Assembly (NCBI GenBank): GCA_951406725.2
Contig: OX597815.1
Span: forward strand, 185,194,001-185,258,000
Length of the DNA: 64,000 nucleotides
Direction of reading: 5' to 3'
Source of the DNA: Octopus vulgaris
Taxonomy: Eukaryota
The position numbers and the translations under genes are program-made. Below the pieces are notes generated by a model, which made no database searches, was not told the DNA's origin, and was given only the letters and a program-made list of their open reading frames with translations. This document shows, in pieces, positions 60,061 through 64,000 of the stretch (position 1 is the first letter of the stretch; each line of letters begins with the position of its first letter).

Positions 60061-60181
60061 AGTAATTGAATGAATTATCTTAGTAAGGATAATTCGAAAG
60101 ATAACCGATACCTGGGTAGCAACATATGTCGAGAATAAAGGATATTTGTTAACTAGTCGTTGAACTCCATTCTTTCATATA

Positions 60182-60216
<35 letters not shown>

Positions 60217-61769
60217 AGCATTCTTAACTTAATCTATGTGTTGTACATTATTTCAAATATATTTCGATAAAATCTCTAGAACCGAGGCAACGACTATATA
60301 TAGTTTCTAAGAATGCTTCGTGATCTTGGTCTCTGAATACCAAAATATTCCACATGATGCTTACTCAATGTTCCTTCCACGTCTCTAAAATCTTGGACAC
60401 CTTATGCCTCTCTCAAATGAAAAATGATCTGATGTATATCTCATTAGAAAATGAACTCACCAAACGAGGAAGCATTTAGATGGTTGCTCATTCTCCAAGG
60501 AATACCTGCCAAATTAAAAGTGGCAGGAGATGCTGGAAAATGATTTCCCTTTTTGACGCACTATATATATATGAGAAAAACAATACGAACACAACTGTGT
60601 CATATTTGGCGATAAATGTGCACCTTCAGATTTGAATCGGAGCTAAGCAGTAGTAGCTTCGACGACAGCTCCAAAATCCTGCCTGCTTACTTTTAATTTA
60701 ATTTTCTTGCAAATAACATCGACGTTTTGCCAAAATTAGTTTTGTGGCTTTTTTTTTTCGCATGAATATATTGAATATATTTTGTCACGAGATCACGCAC
60801 GGCATTGATATTCTCATAGGATATATATTCGACAGAAAAGAAGAAAAAAAACTATAATAAATCATGAAACTCACCACTGCCATTGCACACCTTCAACAAT
60901 AACCATCAGATATGTATGTGGGTGTATTTGTATTTATCATTTGTGCCCAATATCTGTATTCATGGTTGCTGAGCACATTTTTTCACCATTCATTTTTTTC
61001 TTTAAATATGCCGCTTTTCTAACTGCTGTGAAGCTTTTCTAATATTTTTCTCATTCAGATTTATTCTTTTTATCCATCATCTAACCTCTCTCTTTCCTCT
61101 TCTCTCTCTCTCTCGCTCTCTTTCTAATATCATCCCTATATTTCTCTCTACTCAGCCTCCTTCTGTTGCCAAATCGTCACTTCCCAATTCCGTTCAGGTT
61201 GAGTACTGATCTTTATTTTACCTTTTTACTTGAACTATTGTGTACACGTATCATCTTACTCTCCGTTGTTTTACTTTAAGACTCACTCAAAACATCTTTC
61301 GTCTATTCTTCTGCGTCGTAACTGCTGCAATATTGTTTTCTAGTATTGTTCGATTTTCACCGTAAATGATTAAAGCTTAATTTAATTTCATTTTATTTTA
61401 AGCAGATTTTGTTTTAATCAAGTCAGTAGTCTTAGCTAGACTTCCACTTCCCGTCCATGCGTTCTCTCCACCTCAGTCTCTTAGATTCAACTCTATGTTC
61501 GTCCTTGATTTTGTATCTCGTCTCTACTGTATTTAATACCTGAGAACCGTATCCAGTATTTGTTGACGCCACTCATACATGCAGTTTTCCATAGACAACG
61601 AAACTGTTAGAATCCACAGCAAGACAGCTAATGCAGAATAAACATAAAATCCGTTTGTTTGTCTCGTCTGTTGAGTGTATTTTCTCCTTCATACTTCGTC
61701 TTCTCTCTCTCTCTCTTTCTCCATTCTCCCACTCACTTTCTCTCTTTGTCTCTCTCTCTCTCTCTGTAC

Positions 61770-61799
61770 ATGGGTTCTCATTCCTAAGATATTTTTCGA

Positions 61800-61852
<53 letters not shown>
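61770..61852 (-). mobile_element. Family A fragment
   Basis: gggttctcattcctaagatatttttcgatg followed by (TTA)n. Confidence 0.7.
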
Positions 61853-61853
<1 letters not shown>

Positions 61854-61982
61854 AATATATTGCAGCTATTTGGGTAGTGGTTATTGATGAAGTCTTTGAT
61901 TGCATTATAGCATATCACAGCATAAATCTGGTAATTATTTTGTGTGTGTGTTGGTGTGTGTGTGTATGTGTACGTGTGTGTT

Positions 61983-62025
<43 letters not shown>

Positions 62026-62401
62026 GATTCCGAAACGAACGGATGTCCATACCTTTCTCAAAACTTCAGAATATTTTCCTGGTGTATTGTGGTAAGCTAA
62101 TTTAACAATGTATTCATTCTTTTCATCGATATTGTAGTTGGTTGATTGTAAACTCGAGAATTATTTGCAAAAATCCTGAGAAAGTTATTGAATAGTTGAA
62201 ATGTTATGGACTTCATACACGGTTTTTTTTTAAATTTATATTTGCGCGATTCCATTCATGCGGAACTAAAATTTGACAATGGAAATATCTAAATCTGACA
62301 GAAAAAAAATGTAGTTTATCTGCTGCTCTTTATGGCAGATAATGCAGATTGCATAGAGAACTGTCTAACCAATCCATGCCAACGGAGCGAACCTGACATA
62401 A

Positions 62402-62434
<33 letters not shown>

Positions 62435-62570
62435 GTGGTGGTTGGGGATGGTGGTGATGGTGGTGGTGGTGGTGGTGGTGGTGGTGGTGGTGGTGGTGGT
62501 GGTGGTGGTGGTGGTGGTGGTGGTGGTGGTGGTGGTGGTGGTGATGGTAGTGGTGGTGGTGGTGTGATGA

Positions 62571-62604
<34 letters not shown>

Positions 62605-62716
62605 GGTGATGTTGATGATGATGGTGGTGGTGGTGATGATGATGATGATGGTGATGGTGATGATGATGATGATGACGATGATGATGATGATGATCATGAT
62701 GATCATGATGATCATG
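62402..62716. repeat. Compound (GAT)n/(GGT)n trinucleotide repeat
   Basis: Direct reading. Confidence 0.97.
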
Positions 62717-63001
62717 AGTCTTTTGTTTTGTAGAAGTAATTGTGTTTTTGTCAGTCCTAGCTTTTACCTTAGCCAATGACCATCTAGTATATTCTTCTTT
62801 TGCAATTGATGGAGATCTTCTTGAGAGGAGGGGCTATATTGGCTTATACATTAAAATGTTTTATTGTCGTCAATGTTGATATACGAATTGATATTTTTTC
62901 TGTTTGGATTTTTTTAATACTTTGTTTTGAAAAACAACATGGAGAAAACGAAGACGAAAGCATTTTAAATGCAAGTCAAAATACCCGACATAGACACTGT
63001 T

Positions 63002-63245
63002 TTATTTACATTATTTACATTTGACAGATATTTGTCCTCATCTTGTTTGTTGTTAACACAACGTTTCGGCTGGTATACCCTCCAGCTTTCTTCAGGTGTC
63101 TTGGGGAATTTTCGAACCTGGGTTCTCATTCCTAAGGTATTTTTCGATGTCATTATTATTATTATTATTCAGGTTTCTGCTTGGAATTGAACTCGGAATC
63201 TCGGGGTTAGTATCCTGCGCTCTTAACCACTACGCCATATGCCCG
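63002..63245 (-). mobile_element. tRNA-head + hammerhead SINE-like element, family A; HHR at 63056-63099
   Basis: Minus strand gggcatatggcgtagtggttaagagcgc...gagttcaattcc, (AAT)n, then acac-CTGAAGA-a-agctgg agggtata ccagcc-GAAA-cg-TT-gtgt. Confidence 0.82.
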
Positions 63246-63479
63246 TTGTTTTAAGTGGAATCAAAACTATCCACATGTACACATTCTTGTATGTATATAG
63301 ATAGGTAGGCAGGTAGGCAGTGAGGCAGGTGTATATACGAACGCACACACATACAAACACACGGGAAAATGTGCATAGCATTTTTTTTACTGAGAAAGGG
63401 TGTTCAGATTTTACGTGTTTCTAGATAAATTCTTCCTTAATACCAACTTTTTTCTTGTTATTTTCCATTGCAGGCCAAT

Positions 63480-64000
63480 AATGTATTCGAAGCAGAAGAA
63501 ATGGTTGCTGTATGTCCAACATCCAAAGAAGGTTACTGTTTGTTTATGGAGAACAATAGATGGAGGGGTTTGAAGAAGGGGAAAGAATCATTGAAGAAAA
63601 TCATGCAGTGGTAGGCCATCAAATCAGACCACAAATAAGGAATCATCAGGAAATGGACAAATCGATTCCCACAGGAATAAAAGGCAGAAACCCTAAAATC
63701 ACTTCCCCATGACAAAAGAAGTTTAAAAGCCAACGATCAAAGCGAAACATAACAGCGATTGTTTTATTAGATGACCAGAGCATCATTCCTGGAAGATGAC
63801 ATTACCATGAACTGCGAGCATTATACAGAAGCATTCGAAAGTCTTTGAGAAGCCATTTCGGGGAAGAAAACAAAAGCCTGAAGCGATCCACATTCACATT
63901 GACAACACTCGACTGAACACGTCTTTCTTCATTCTTCCAACATCAAGAGTATAACCTAGATTTGGCGCCCTCCGACTTTCACTCGCTTGATCAATGAAGA
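63480..64000 (+). pseudogene. mariner (DD34D) transposase relic, running off the window end
   Basis: FKSQRSKRNITAIVLLD, HIDNTRLNT (HDNARPH-like), HQEYNLDLAPSDFH (HPPYSPDLAPSDFH-like). Confidence 0.8.

Noticed and set aside
62330-62779. Poly-His/Thr/Pro/Gly ORFs
   Set aside because: Translations of a trinucleotide microsatellite

Overview
AT-rich, repeat-saturated eukaryotic DNA with no recognisable host exon. The SINE families and microsatellite load resemble an octopod cephalopod genome (inference). Nearly all listed ORFs are microsatellite read-throughs. Real content: one 5'-truncated, nearly intact Penelope-like retroelement (RT + GIY-YIG, 19.3-21.8 kb), about 25 tRNA-derived SINE copies in three families, relics of Tc1, mariner, hAT-MITE, Helitron and R4/Dong elements, and two 100-N gaps. 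The most striking signal, read by eye, is about 17 type-I hammerhead-ribozyme (HHR) motifs from about 9 sequence families. They sit in short non-coding elements, mostly inserted in (TA)n tracts and repeatedly arranged as fold-back palindromes from 0.2 to 5.9 kb. These include a 5.9-kb palindrome capped by HHRs that shares its termini with a 0.2-kb mini-element, a tRNA-head + HHR SINE-like element, and a tandem 558-bp HHR unit resembling a retrozyme. Together they suggest a Penelope-driven, ribozyme-bearing family of non-autonomous fold-back elements. All folds were done manually and no activity is demonstrated. Repeat boundaries are approximate (about +/-10 bp).
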